Of a stretch of 64,000 bases of DNA, positions 10,367 through 19,827 are shown one piece after another. Numbering within the stretch: position 1 is the first letter of the stretch; every line of letters begins with the position of its first letter. Origin of the DNA: Candidatus Poribacteria bacterium (GTDB taxonomy: Bacteria; Poribacteria; WGA-4E; PCPOR2b); the NCBI GenBank assembly GCA_965116925.1, contig OZ220744.1, positions 192,001-256,000 of the forward strand. Direction: 5' to 3'. The notes under the pieces are model-generated. The model searched no databases. It worked only from the letters and a program-made list of their open reading frames with translations, and was not told the origin of the DNA. The position numbers were made by a program, and so were the translations under genes.

Positions 10367-11776
10367 TTATCTCCCTTCTGCAAACTCAGGTCTTCCCAGC
10401 GCATCAGTCTTTTCCTGACGTTCATAGTGCTGTAGTTCACCGCCAGCATCCGCCAAGATCCGTTCCCGCGCAAGTGCGAGCCGATCTCCCGCACTCGCTG
10501 CAATGTTATGCTGACACGTCGGATCCGCTTCTAGATCAAAGAGACGCGAATTTTGGAAATCCACACCACTGAAGAACCAATTCTTTGAATCTTTATACCA
10601 AACCGAGTTACCATAGCGGCAGGTCAAATACTCCCGCTCCTCAAATTCACTACCTCCCTCTATTAGTGGAAGTAGACTTTGCCCCTCTATCTTGCCGATC
10701 GGTTCGACACCGGCGGATGCAATGACAGTGGCCGGTACATCCAAACTGTAGACAAGCTCATCGCGTGTGCTTCCAGCCGCTACCCCTGACGGGTGGCGTA
10801 GCAGCATAGGGATGTCCATCGTTCCCGGATACATGAAATCCGCCGGTTTTCCGGTAACACGATCGGGATTTTCACCGAAGTTGGTCCCGTGATCGGCTAG
10901 AAATATCACGAGCGTATTCTCTTTCAGTCCTAACCTGTCGATGGTATTAATCAATTTCCCAAACCATGTATCGACCATCGTTACCAAGCCGGCATAATTT
11001 GCCCGAATGCTAGGCAGACGCTCTTCGACTTCGGGATTACGATCAAGTGGTCCATAGGGAGCAGAGAGATAGATCGGTTCTCGGTCTTCTCGACTTCCAT
11101 AGAGGTCGTAGTAGTGAAGCGGTGCTTCCCAAGTTTCATGCGGTGTGAAGCTATCAATGTACAGATAAAACGGGGAGTTGTTATAATTCTGCTCGACAAA
11201 TTTTATCGCAGCCCGAAACGTGCGTGCCGTGGGCCATGTCTCTTCTGCCCGTTCCGGCTGCACGTTGACTAGATGCGCCCGAATCCGATCCGGACCCCCA
11301 CGGTAGCGCGATAGCAGCGTCTCATCCGCATGTGCTATAGCGTTGTACCGATCTTCCGCTTGACCACGGATAAACTCCCACTGCCGAAATCCACGCGTAA
11401 AATTCATCCCCGGCACAAAATAATGGGGGACATCCGCAAAGAAACCGGTGTGATAATTCTGACGGACAAGTGCCTCCGCTATCGTGCTTTCGTCGGACGA
11501 TAACGGCTGCCAACCCGGGATATAGACATTATCCCAAGGTACAGGACGATAATTCCGAAATGGGAACGCCCGTCGACCACTATGCAAGGTGCGACGCGTC
11601 GGAATTGTTGGCAGACATTCTGGATGTGCGTTTGTAAATCGCACACTATCTTGGGCGAACCTGTCCAGATTGGGGGTATGAATCCATTTATTCCCATACG
11701 CTCCCAGGTACGCTGTCCTAAGCGTATCCGAAACCACAACCATGATATTCCAACCTGATGCCGCTTGTTCAGTCAT
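10367..11776 (-). CDS. Sulfatase-family (alkaline phosphatase superfamily) hydrolase
   Basis: NIMVVVSDTLR, PTIPTRRTLHSGR, PHETW, ADHG. Confidence 0.85.
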   Translation of the reverse strand: MTEQAASGWNIMVVVSDTLRTAYLGAYGNKWIHTPNLDRFAQDSVRFTNAHPECLPTIPTRRTLHSGRRAFPFRNYRPVPWDNVYIPGWQPLSSDESTIAEALVRQNYHTGFFADVPHYFVPGMNFTRGFRQWEFIRGQAEDRYNAIAHADETLLSRYRGGPDRIRAHLVNVQPERAEETWPTARTFRAAIKFVEQNYNNSPFYLYIDSFTPHETWEAPLHYYDLYGSREDREPIYLSAPYGPLDRNPEVEERLPSIRANYAGLVTMVDTWFGKLINTIDRLGLKENTLVIFLADHGTNFGENPDRVTGKPADFMYPGTMDIPMLLRHPSGVAAGSTRDELVYSLDVPATVIASAGVEPIGKIEGQSLLPLIEGGSEFEEREYLTCRYGNSVWYKDSKNWFFSGVDFQNSRLFDLEADPTCQHNIAASAGDRLALARERILADAGGELQHYERQEKTDALGRPEFAEGR

Positions 11777-11821
11777 AACCTCACCTCATTTATTTGCCAA
11801 TCATCAGCGTAAGGATCGCCG

Positions 11822-12706
11822 CTAACCAATAGTTACACCAATTTCCCGGCCAACATGCCGAATATACTGCTGACCTGCAATTGTCTCTAGCTCAGGGAAA
11901 TGCTCTACATGGACCGGAACATCGGTGTCTAAGGCATCTAACCGCTGGAGTATTGTCGCATAGTCCATCATACCGGTACCCGGTACGGCTTCATCCACAC
12001 GACTAATAATGCTAATCGGTTTCGCCGACCACATTGTAGCATCTTTTGCGTGCATCGTGACAATTTTATCCCCAATCCCATCAAAAATCTCATTGATAAA
12101 GTCCGTCATTCTAAGAAACATATGGGGACCTGTCATATTCACGGGGTCGAAAAGGGCCTTCAGGCGCGGGGAGGGAACGGCATCAAAGAGTTCCTGGTAG
12201 CGCTCGACAGAATAGACCGGCGTAATGATGTGAGGGTGTATTGCTACATCTGTTTCATATTCTTCCGCATAGGGCATGAGCTCCTCGACCGCACCGATGC
12301 ACCGTTGCCACGTCTCCTCAGACCACATTGCAGGAATGGTGCCACCCCGCTCCGCAAAGGTTTTTGGCATCTCGTCAATCCAGATTCTACCTATGAGTAC
12401 CGCACAGGCGATGCAGTGCGCGCCTATGATGTGGGCATGGCGCAATTGACGACGATGCCCTTCAATGGCAGCTCGGTACTCAGCCGGATCCGCAGAGCCA
12501 AATCCCCCCTGATGCCCACTAAACTCGCCGACTCGGATGCCGTGATCATCAAGGAACCGCTTGGCTTCCTCAACATCCGCATCGCTCCAATCAGCAGGCG
12601 TGTTTGTAGTCACAGTCTTAACTTCCATTAGCTTAACTTTTTGGAGGAAAGCAGCTCGTTCCTCCGATGTCTTTCCCAAGCGCACAGACGGACTCATTAA
12701 AATCAT
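11822..12706 (-). CDS. Sugar phosphate isomerase/epimerase (xylose-isomerase-like TIM barrel)
   Basis: DPVN, HAKD, PGTGMMDY, VEH motifs. Confidence 0.75.
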   Translation of the reverse strand: MILMSPSVRLGKTSEERAAFLQKVKLMEVKTVTTNTPADWSDADVEEAKRFLDDHGIRVGEFSGHQGGFGSADPAEYRAAIEGHRRQLRHAHIIGAHCIACAVLIGRIWIDEMPKTFAERGGTIPAMWSEETWQRCIGAVEELMPYAEEYETDVAIHPHIITPVYSVERYQELFDAVPSPRLKALFDPVNMTGPHMFLRMTDFINEIFDGIGDKIVTMHAKDATMWSAKPISIISRVDEAVPGTGMMDYATILQRLDALDTDVPVHVEHFPELETIAGQQYIRHVGREIGVTIG

Positions 12707-12889
12707 TTGACACCTCAGTTAATATCTGCCGAAATATAATTGCGTATGAACCCCACTTTAATCAAAAAAGAAAAGCCTCCTGAAATCGATATACGATGAT
12801 TCAATCGGAAATCAGGAGGCAAATAATCAGAAGATCCCGTATTACTTTTAGGGAACAACGATCGTTGTTCCTCACAATTTGGATAAGAT

Positions 12890-13690
12890 TTAGTAATTAC
12901 GTTTGAGTTTACCCCATGTCGTTGATAGCTTGCCTACGCCCGGCTCGACCGCTAACGGTTTGAAGGGCGCATCTGGCACCTCTTCCCATGTCGCACCATC
13001 GATTAAACCGTGATGCTCAAAAGCGGACGAATCCTTAGCTTCGCCACCGTTTCCTTCATTAAGGTGCAGGAGGAGAACCGTATTGCGATCCCGCTCTTCA
13101 AACTCGGTCGTCGGTCTTGGAAAATTGGCGGCTGGGTATCTGGGAATGTTGGAAATCCGGACTTCATCGATTAACCCGGTAAACGCTTCATTCCACTGAG
13201 GAAGCCAACCGATATAAACATCAGACAGAGATGTGTTAATATCCCCCGGATCTTCGATTTCATCTTTCAACTTGCCATCAACGTGGAGCAGGTAGGCACG
13301 ACCATCGAAGGACAGCGCAACGTGGGTCCATCTCTCTAAACTGACTCTGCCTGAGCCTTCCCAACTCCATTGAGCAGCGTTGACCGCCCCTTGGTAAGCA
13401 CCCCCATCGTTGAGGAGAGCGTGCATCCAGGTATCTGCCTTCCCGGTAATCATCATTCTCCCGCCGCCTGAATCTAGGGCAGTGGCATAAATCCATGCTT
13501 CGAGCGTTAGCTTATCTGCAAGGTTTAATTCCTCGCTGTGGTCAACAATGATCCGTGTTCCTTTCTCTCCATTATCCTTTTTTGCATCAAACTTGAGTGC
13601 AAAGTTCTTTGGCGCAGCAAAACTAACTTGCGTCAATGCGAACGCAAATACAAGAACTAAGGCTATAGAGATTATTCGCCCTTTTCTCAT
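12890..13690 (-). CDS. Secreted LamG-like jelly-roll protein with conserved C-terminal tail
   Basis: Signal peptide; TLEAWI, WTHVALSFDG, GLIDEVRISN; tail AVEPGVGKLSTTWGKLK. Confidence 0.85.
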   Translation of the reverse strand: MRKGRIISIALVLVFAFALTQVSFAAPKNFALKFDAKKDNGEKGTRIIVDHSEELNLADKLTLEAWIYATALDSGGGRMMITGKADTWMHALLNDGGAYQGAVNAAQWSWEGSGRVSLERWTHVALSFDGRAYLLHVDGKLKDEIEDPGDINTSLSDVYIGWLPQWNEAFTGLIDEVRISNIPRYPAANFPRPTTEFEERDRNTVLLLHLNEGNGGEAKDSSAFEHHGLIDGATWEEVPDAPFKPLAVEPGVGKLSTTWGKLKRNY

Positions 13691-13958
13691 CGTAACATCC
13701 TTCCTTATTATATAGTTTTGGATTTTGATGGAATACTACCATAACTTCCACGACTGTAGCCCCAAATCCTATCTTTTTTGCTTCAATCGCCGCGGATTGC
13801 AACAATTTATAAAATTGGGTGACAACAGATCCAATTTTGACGTAACTTTGACGTAACATTGCATAATTAGAAAAGCTCGTGGAAAGACAGTTTCAATAGC
13901 ATAAACATATTAACATTTTTCTGCTAAACAAGTCAAGCGCAAAGAAATCACTTTTGCG

Positions 13959-13987
13959 TTGACATCCAATTCTTTTGTGGATACACT
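13959..13987 (+). promoter_or_regulatory. sigma70-type promoter for the LamG trio
   Basis: TTGACA-N17-TACACT. Confidence 0.6.
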
Positions 13988-14061
13988 GTAAAGGTTATTG
14001 GATTTAGGTCAACACGTCGGTGTACGTACTTTGCGGATTGATATACAAGGAGGCACTGAAT

Positions 14062-14916
14062 ATGAATACTTTCATGAATAGGGTAGGTAGGGTTGGACTC
14101 GGCTTAATTATTATCGGTTTAATGTTGACAGGTGTGAGCGATGCTAGGTTGACAGGACCGGAGCTTCTAGAAGCCGCTGTTGCGATATGGACCTTTGAGG
14201 GAACGGAAAGAAATAAAGATAACGATCCTTTTGTCAAGGATGTTTCTAGCAACGGTCATGATGCGGTGATGATGAATAAACCCTCATTGGTTGAGGGACA
14301 ATTCGGTAAAGCAGTAGAGTTTAATGCCGGCAGAAAAAATTACTTGGAAGTGCCACACCATGAGGATTTCGATCTTGATGAAGCCATCTCGATTTCGGTT
14401 TGGGTCAAGCGACCACCGCGCTTACAAGCACTCGATACCGCACCCTATTTTATTCTCGAAAAGGGCGGAGAATGGCAACACGGTCGACCAACTTTTGGAA
14501 TAGCCCTGCATAAGGTTTTTAACAACATGTTCTATTTCTGGTATAAGGGTGGATTCCAAGGAGTACACGGGATAAAGGATGATCAGTGGCACCACTACGT
14601 TGTTGTTGCCAAAGATGGAGAAAGAGACCCCGCCATATATATTGATGGAGAATTAAAAGAGGTTGAAATTCGAGATGGTCAGCGGGTAATCGCGTTGGAA
14701 CCTTCACCGGGGCGTGCACTACACATCGGAGCAGCGTTGCCCGAACGATTCGATTCGTGGACCAATAACACCATAGATGATCTTGCCATCTTTAACGTTG
14801 CATTGAGTCAAGCGGATGTTGAACGGCTTGGGAAAGGGATTGATAACTCAATCTTCGCAGTTTCTCCATTGGGCAAACTTGCCACAACATGGGCTGCACT
14901 TAAACAGAGTCGATGA
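14062..14916 (+). CDS. Secreted LamG-like protein
   Basis: AGGAGG RBS; GQFGKAVEF, ISVWVK, QWHHYVVV, IDDLAIFN; tail AVSPLGKLATTWAALK. Confidence 0.85.
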   Translation: MNTFMNRVGRVGLGLIIIGLMLTGVSDARLTGPELLEAAVAIWTFEGTERNKDNDPFVKDVSSNGHDAVMMNKPSLVEGQFGKAVEFNAGRKNYLEVPHHEDFDLDEAISISVWVKRPPRLQALDTAPYFILEKGGEWQHGRPTFGIALHKVFNNMFYFWYKGGFQGVHGIKDDQWHHYVVVAKDGERDPAIYIDGELKEVEIRDGQRVIALEPSPGRALHIGAALPERFDSWTNNTIDDLAIFNVALSQADVERLGKGIDNSIFAVSPLGKLATTWAALKQSR

Positions 14917-14943
14917 GTTAGGGAAAAAGGAATTACGCAAATT

Positions 14944-15783
14944 ATGAGAACTTCTTTGACAAAGTTCAGCACAATCGGTATCAGCCTGATCGTCCTGAAC
15001 ACAGTATTCACAACGGTCAGCGATGCTCAGTTGACGGGACGTAAATTTCTGGAGAAAGCCGTTGCAATATGGACCTTTGAAGAAGCTGGTATGAAGGGCA
15101 TCCCAGATATTACCGGCAACGGTCATGATGCTAAACTGATAAATAAACCTGCACTCGTTGATGGGAAATTCGGTAGAGCTATAGAGTTTAGTGACACCAG
15201 AAAAAACTACCTGGAGGTGCCGGACGATGTAGGCTTAAACCTTGAGGAGGTCATCTCGATTTCGGTATGGGTGAAACGACCACCACGGCTACAGGCGACC
15301 GATGTGGCACCTTATTTCATTCTACATAGGGGGGCAGAATGGCAATGGCACGGTGCAGGATACGGTATTGCACTCCACAAAGTTTTTAACAATATGTTCT
15401 ATTTCTGGTATGACGGTGGATTTCAAGGAGCCAGTGGTATAAAGGACGATCAGTGGCACCACTATGTCGTTGTTGCCAAAGACGGAGAGAGGGCACCAAC
15501 ACTCTATATTGATGGCGAGTCGAAGCCTATTGAACACGGCGATGGGGTGAAGAAAATGAGATTGGCACCACCTCACGGACAGTCGATATACATCGGGGCG
15601 TTGTTGCCAGCGCGATTTGACTCGTTCAGTAAAAGCATTATGGATGAACTAGCTATATTCAATGTTGCATTGACCGATACGGATGTAAAACAGCTCGGAA
15701 AAGGGCTTGATATAGCAATCTTCGCGGTTTCTCCATCGGGGAAGCTCGCTACATCGTGGGCTGCGATGAAAAGTGGTCATTGA
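14944..15783 (+). CDS. Secreted LamG-like protein, tandem paralog of the previous gene
   Basis: Identical blocks (GIALHKVFNNMFYFWY, IKDDQWHHYVVVAKDGER); tail AVSPSGKLATSWAAMK. Confidence 0.85.
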   Translation: MRTSLTKFSTIGISLIVLNTVFTTVSDAQLTGRKFLEKAVAIWTFEEAGMKGIPDITGNGHDAKLINKPALVDGKFGRAIEFSDTRKNYLEVPDDVGLNLEEVISISVWVKRPPRLQATDVAPYFILHRGAEWQWHGAGYGIALHKVFNNMFYFWYDGGFQGASGIKDDQWHHYVVVAKDGERAPTLYIDGESKPIEHGDGVKKMRLAPPHGQSIYIGALLPARFDSFSKSIMDELAIFNVALTDTDVKQLGKGLDIAIFAVSPSGKLATSWAAMKSGH

Positions 15784-15816
15784 CCTCTAGCCTTTGCCCA
15801 AAAAGGATATTTTCAA

Positions 15817-16668
15817 ATGAAATATAGAAACAGAATTGCGGTTTACTGCACGGTTTTTGTTTTGGGGCTCACTAGCTTGCCCGCAGGCGCACAGAAGAAG
15901 GTTATTCCCGGTGCAATAATCCACCTCGATGCCAGTGAGCAGAATCGGCGGGAAATTGCTTGGAGAAACCTCGGCGTAGCCGGCGGAAAAATGCCAGCCG
16001 ACAATGAGGTGCCTGAATTTGAAGAGGGGAAAATCAGAATACCTGCACTCGGTATCAATGAGGATGCAAAATGGTATACTGCTACACGAAAGTCAGAAAC
16101 TTTTGGGGGACCTCCGGATCTGCTCCCCAAACTGCAACTTGAGGATTGGACGATGGAGGTCCTCATCAAACGCAACGGGCCCAAATGGCCTGATCTGGTT
16201 GTTGCTTCCCAAGTTCTTGGATTCAGATCTCGTGACAGAGAATTACAACACCTTCAGGTTTCCCTCAACGGACCGGATACCGGCGAACTCATCGCACGGT
16301 TTAAGGGTAGAGCGAATAATAAGGGGAAATGGTTAATCCCGGAAGATCTCGGCATCGATATTAAGAAAAAGGAGTGGCACTGGATCGCGTTTGTCTTCAC
16401 CGATCAGAAAATGGTTGAAACTTACCAAGATGGCGAAAAGGTTGGGCAGGTTGAAATGGATCAAGATTATGATCCTGAAGAGCCTATGTGGCTTTCAATA
16501 TTTACCTCTCATGACAGGGATCGAAACTTCAACGGCTCAATCGCTATCCTTCGTATTTACGACAGACCGTTGAGTAGAGACGAGCTGCTCCAAAACATCA
16601 CAGGTAAACTATCAGTTGAACCAACCGACAAATTGACGACGACTTGGGCACGAGTAAAGACGCACTGA
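15817..16668 (+). CDS. Secreted LamG-like protein
   Basis: Signal peptide, WHWIAFV, FNGSIAILRIYDRPLS; tail SVEPTDKLTTTWARVK. Confidence 0.75.
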   Translation: MKYRNRIAVYCTVFVLGLTSLPAGAQKKVIPGAIIHLDASEQNRREIAWRNLGVAGGKMPADNEVPEFEEGKIRIPALGINEDAKWYTATRKSETFGGPPDLLPKLQLEDWTMEVLIKRNGPKWPDLVVASQVLGFRSRDRELQHLQVSLNGPDTGELIARFKGRANNKGKWLIPEDLGIDIKKKEWHWIAFVFTDQKMVETYQDGEKVGQVEMDQDYDPEEPMWLSIFTSHDRDRNFNGSIAILRIYDRPLSRDELLQNITGKLSVEPTDKLTTTWARVKTH

Positions 16669-16695
16669 TACTACTTCAGCCTATTAGCCATTTTT

Positions 16696-16721
16696 GTAGG
16701 GGCAACCCTTGTGGTTGCCCT
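16696..16721 (+). repeat. GTAG-REP hairpin between convergent genes
   Basis: GTAG-GGGCAACC-cttgt-GGTTGCCC. Confidence 0.65.
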
Positions 16722-16737
16722 GTCCCTACTTTGTCTC

Positions 16738-17871
16738 CTACCAATTCGTAAACGCTCCATCAGGCCGACGCAACTGCGGTGCATCAACCTCACGGTACGG
16801 ATTAGCCAGTGCCGCCGCCTCATCAAATTCAATCCCCAACCCCGGACTTGTCGGTGGTAGGAGATAACCATCCTCCCATTCCAACTGCACCGGGAAGACA
16901 TCGGGCAGCGTTGTCCCCGGTTTGCTTGGGAGCTCTTGCACCCCGAAGTTCGTCGAAGCGAGGTCGAGGTGCAGACACGCCGCCGTCGAAACAGGACCGA
17001 GCGGATTGTGTGGTGCCAAATCAATATAATGCGCTTCACACCAACCGGCAATCTTCTTCGCTTCTGTAATTCCACCAACAATACAGAGATCAATCCGTGC
17101 ATACTGCATCAGTTCCTGCTCAACCAACTCACGGAATTCCCACTTCGTGGCGTACTGCTCTCCCACCGCCAACGGCACAGCAACGTGACGCGCTAGCTGA
17201 TGGTATGTGGACATATTTTCAGAGCGCAACGGATCCTCAATAAAATAGGGACGATAACCCTCCAAAGCACGGCAGAGCGGAATCACATGGGGCGGATCTA
17301 GCCGCGTGTGCACGTCAATCAAAATCTCAATCTCCTCCCCAACAGCGTCCCGAACTGCCTCACACTGCTTGATGGTTTCCCGGACCGCCCACGATGGATC
17401 AAGAACATCCCCCTGCTGCGGGACACCCCAACGCACAAATTTCCACCCATCTTCCACGAGTGACCGTGCGTGTTCAGCGAGTTGTTCAGCGGAATTGCCG
17501 ACAGCGTGAGGATAACACACCGCCTTCTGACGAACAAGCCCACCGAGCAGATCATAGACGGGCACACCCAAAACTTTCCCACGAATATCCCACAGCGCGA
17601 TGTCTATAGCACTGATCGCAGAGCAAGCAATCCGCCCGGCAGGAAAAAAACCACCCCGAAACATCACCTGCCACAGGTGTTCGATGCGCCGTGGATCCTC
17701 GCCGATTAAGACGGATTTGAGGTGGTTGACGCATTCCGTCGCCGCGAGTTCCCGCCAAGTGATCCCACCTTCACCGATTCCATAAATACCCTCATCGGTT
17801 TCGACCTTGACAAAGAAGAAATTCCGAGCACCTCCCCATACCGGCAAAGGCTTTATATCTGTAATTTTCAT
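16738..17871 (-). CDS. Mandelate racemase/enolase superfamily enzyme (galactonate dehydratase-like)
   Basis: SAIDIALWDIRGK, DVHTR, FIEDP, VGE, APHNPLGP. Confidence 0.9.
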   Translation of the reverse strand: MKITDIKPLPVWGGARNFFFVKVETDEGIYGIGEGGITWRELAATECVNHLKSVLIGEDPRRIEHLWQVMFRGGFFPAGRIACSAISAIDIALWDIRGKVLGVPVYDLLGGLVRQKAVCYPHAVGNSAEQLAEHARSLVEDGWKFVRWGVPQQGDVLDPSWAVRETIKQCEAVRDAVGEEIEILIDVHTRLDPPHVIPLCRALEGYRPYFIEDPLRSENMSTYHQLARHVAVPLAVGEQYATKWEFRELVEQELMQYARIDLCIVGGITEAKKIAGWCEAHYIDLAPHNPLGPVSTAACLHLDLASTNFGVQELPSKPGTTLPDVFPVQLEWEDGYLLPPTSPGLGIEFDEAAALANPYREVDAPQLRRPDGAFTNW

Positions 17872-17957
17872 TTTTACCCTTTCTATATAACTTGTGTGAG
17901 CTGCAAGAAATGAATCAATGAACAAGTTGTTTTCACGTTTCACGAATCACGTTTGTC

Positions 17958-18800
17958 CTACGTCTTCACCTGTGGATCCAACACATCCCGCAGTGCATCC
18001 CCCAACAGATTGAACCCTAAAACAATTAGGAAAATTGCAATCCCCGGCGTCATGACCGTCCACGGCGCCCGACGAATCAACGCCCGATTCTCGTTGAGCA
18101 TCGCACCCCACTCCGGTTCACCGATTTCGGCACCAAGCCCAAGAAAACTGAGACCGGCAGCGTCCAAAATAGCTGCTCCCATCCCCAACGTTGCCTGCAC
18201 AATCAGCGGCGCAAGACAGTTGGGCAGAATCGCACGGGTCAGAATGCGAAAGTCACTCACCCCAATGGCGTGGGCAGCAGTTACATAATCCTGCTCGCGG
18301 ATAGTGAGGACAGACGCACGCAAGATTCTAGCATATTGTGGGATGTAAACAATCGAGACAGCAATAATCGCATTTGTCAGACTCTGCCCCAAGATAGTGA
18401 CAATGACCATTGCTAGCAGAATACTCGGCATCGCAAGCATCATATCCATCACCCGCATGATACTGTTGTCGAGCCAACCCCCATAATAGCCAGCGATAAT
18501 ACCCAATAGCGCACCAATCGAGATTGAAAACGTCATCGCAACCAACCCAACTTTAATTGAAATCCGCGAACCGTAGACAATGCGACTGAAAATATCCCTC
18601 CCTACCTTATCGGTCCCAAAGTAATGTTCCTGAGACCAACCTTTGAGACGTGAAGTTACATCTGCATTGCGAGGATCATGTGTTGCGATCAGCGGGGCAA
18701 AGATTGCGATGACGATAAAAAAAGTCAAAATCGATGCGCCAATCACCGCCGATTTCTGCCGCAGCAGCTCCTGATAAAATTGACGACGATGTTCCCTCAT
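17958..18800 (-). CDS. dppC: Peptide ABC transporter permease
   Basis: GTDKVGRDIFSR, EAA-like loop, LSFLGLG, PEWG. Confidence 0.85.
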   Translation of the reverse strand: MREHRRQFYQELLRQKSAVIGASILTFFIVIAIFAPLIATHDPRNADVTSRLKGWSQEHYFGTDKVGRDIFSRIVYGSRISIKVGLVAMTFSISIGALLGIIAGYYGGWLDNSIMRVMDMMLAMPSILLAMVIVTILGQSLTNAIIAVSIVYIPQYARILRASVLTIREQDYVTAAHAIGVSDFRILTRAILPNCLAPLIVQATLGMGAAILDAAGLSFLGLGAEIGEPEWGAMLNENRALIRRAPWTVMTPGIAIFLIVLGFNLLGDALRDVLDPQVKT

Positions 18801-19819
18801 GTTGCGTCTCCCCCAATTCGGATACGCGGATCAAAATAGGCATAGAGCAGATCGACAATCAAGTTTACCGTCATGAAAACCGTGGCAACAAAGAGAACGC
18901 CGCCTTGTACTGGACGAATATCACGCGCTTCAACAGCAGCCCGCAGCCACGAACCCAATCCGGGCCAAGAAAAAATATGCTCCGTTAAAATTGCCCCGCC
19001 CATCAGATAGCCAAATTGGAGACCGATGACTGTCAACACAGGAATGATGCTATTTTTTAGCGCATGTTTGAGGATCACGACCCATTTGGGTAGCCCCTTC
19101 GCGTAGGCGGTTACAATGTACTGTTGGTTCAGAACCTCTAGGAGGCTAGACCGTGTCATACGAGCAATGATTGCTAACGGTATTGTGCCAAGTGTTATCG
19201 CAGGAAGGATGAGGTGAGCGAGCGCATCTTGAAACGCAGCGAAGTTACCAGCGAGCAGGGTGTCAATCAGATAAAAGTGGGTACGGTGCTGAATGTCAAG
19301 ATCTAATACAGCGTCGAGCCGTTGTGAGCTGGGAAAAATTGGAAAGGTATAAGCAAGCAGTAGGATAAGCATCAACCCAAGCCAGAAGATTGGCATTGAG
19401 ATCCCTGCCAACGATCCGAACATCGTCGTGTAGTCCCAAAATTTTCCGCGATTGACGGCAGCGATAATCCCTGCAGCTACGCCGAAAAAAATTGAGAAAA
19501 TCATCGCTGCGAGCGTCAGCTCTACCGTCGCAGGAAATTTACGAAGGATTTCGTCAATGACCGGTTGGTTGGTCTTAAACGAACGTCCCAGATCGAAATG
19601 CACCAAATCCCACAGAAACACCCCGTACTGCTTATACAGCGGCTGATCTAACCCCATCTGGCGACGAAGTTCCGTCAACGCCTCCTCTGTCGCACGCTCA
19701 CCGAGAATTGCGAGAGCAGCATCACCGGGAATAAGATGTACCATGAAAAAGACGAGCAGCGAAACACCGAAGAGCGATAATCCCATTGAGAGGAGTCGAT
19801 GCAAGATGTAGACAATCAT
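18797..19819 (-). CDS. dppB: Peptide ABC transporter permease
   Basis: GLDQPL, PATVELT, PIFWLGL, ARMTRSS. Confidence 0.85.
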   Translation of the reverse strand: MIVYILHRLLSMGLSLFGVSLLVFFMVHLIPGDAALAILGERATEEALTELRRQMGLDQPLYKQYGVFLWDLVHFDLGRSFKTNQPVIDEILRKFPATVELTLAAMIFSIFFGVAAGIIAAVNRGKFWDYTTMFGSLAGISMPIFWLGLMLILLLAYTFPIFPSSQRLDAVLDLDIQHRTHFYLIDTLLAGNFAAFQDALAHLILPAITLGTIPLAIIARMTRSSLLEVLNQQYIVTAYAKGLPKWVVILKHALKNSIIPVLTVIGLQFGYLMGGAILTEHIFSWPGLGSWLRAAVEARDIRPVQGGVLFVATVFMTVNLIVDLLYAYFDPRIRIGGDAT

Positions 19820-19827
19820 CTGTCACG

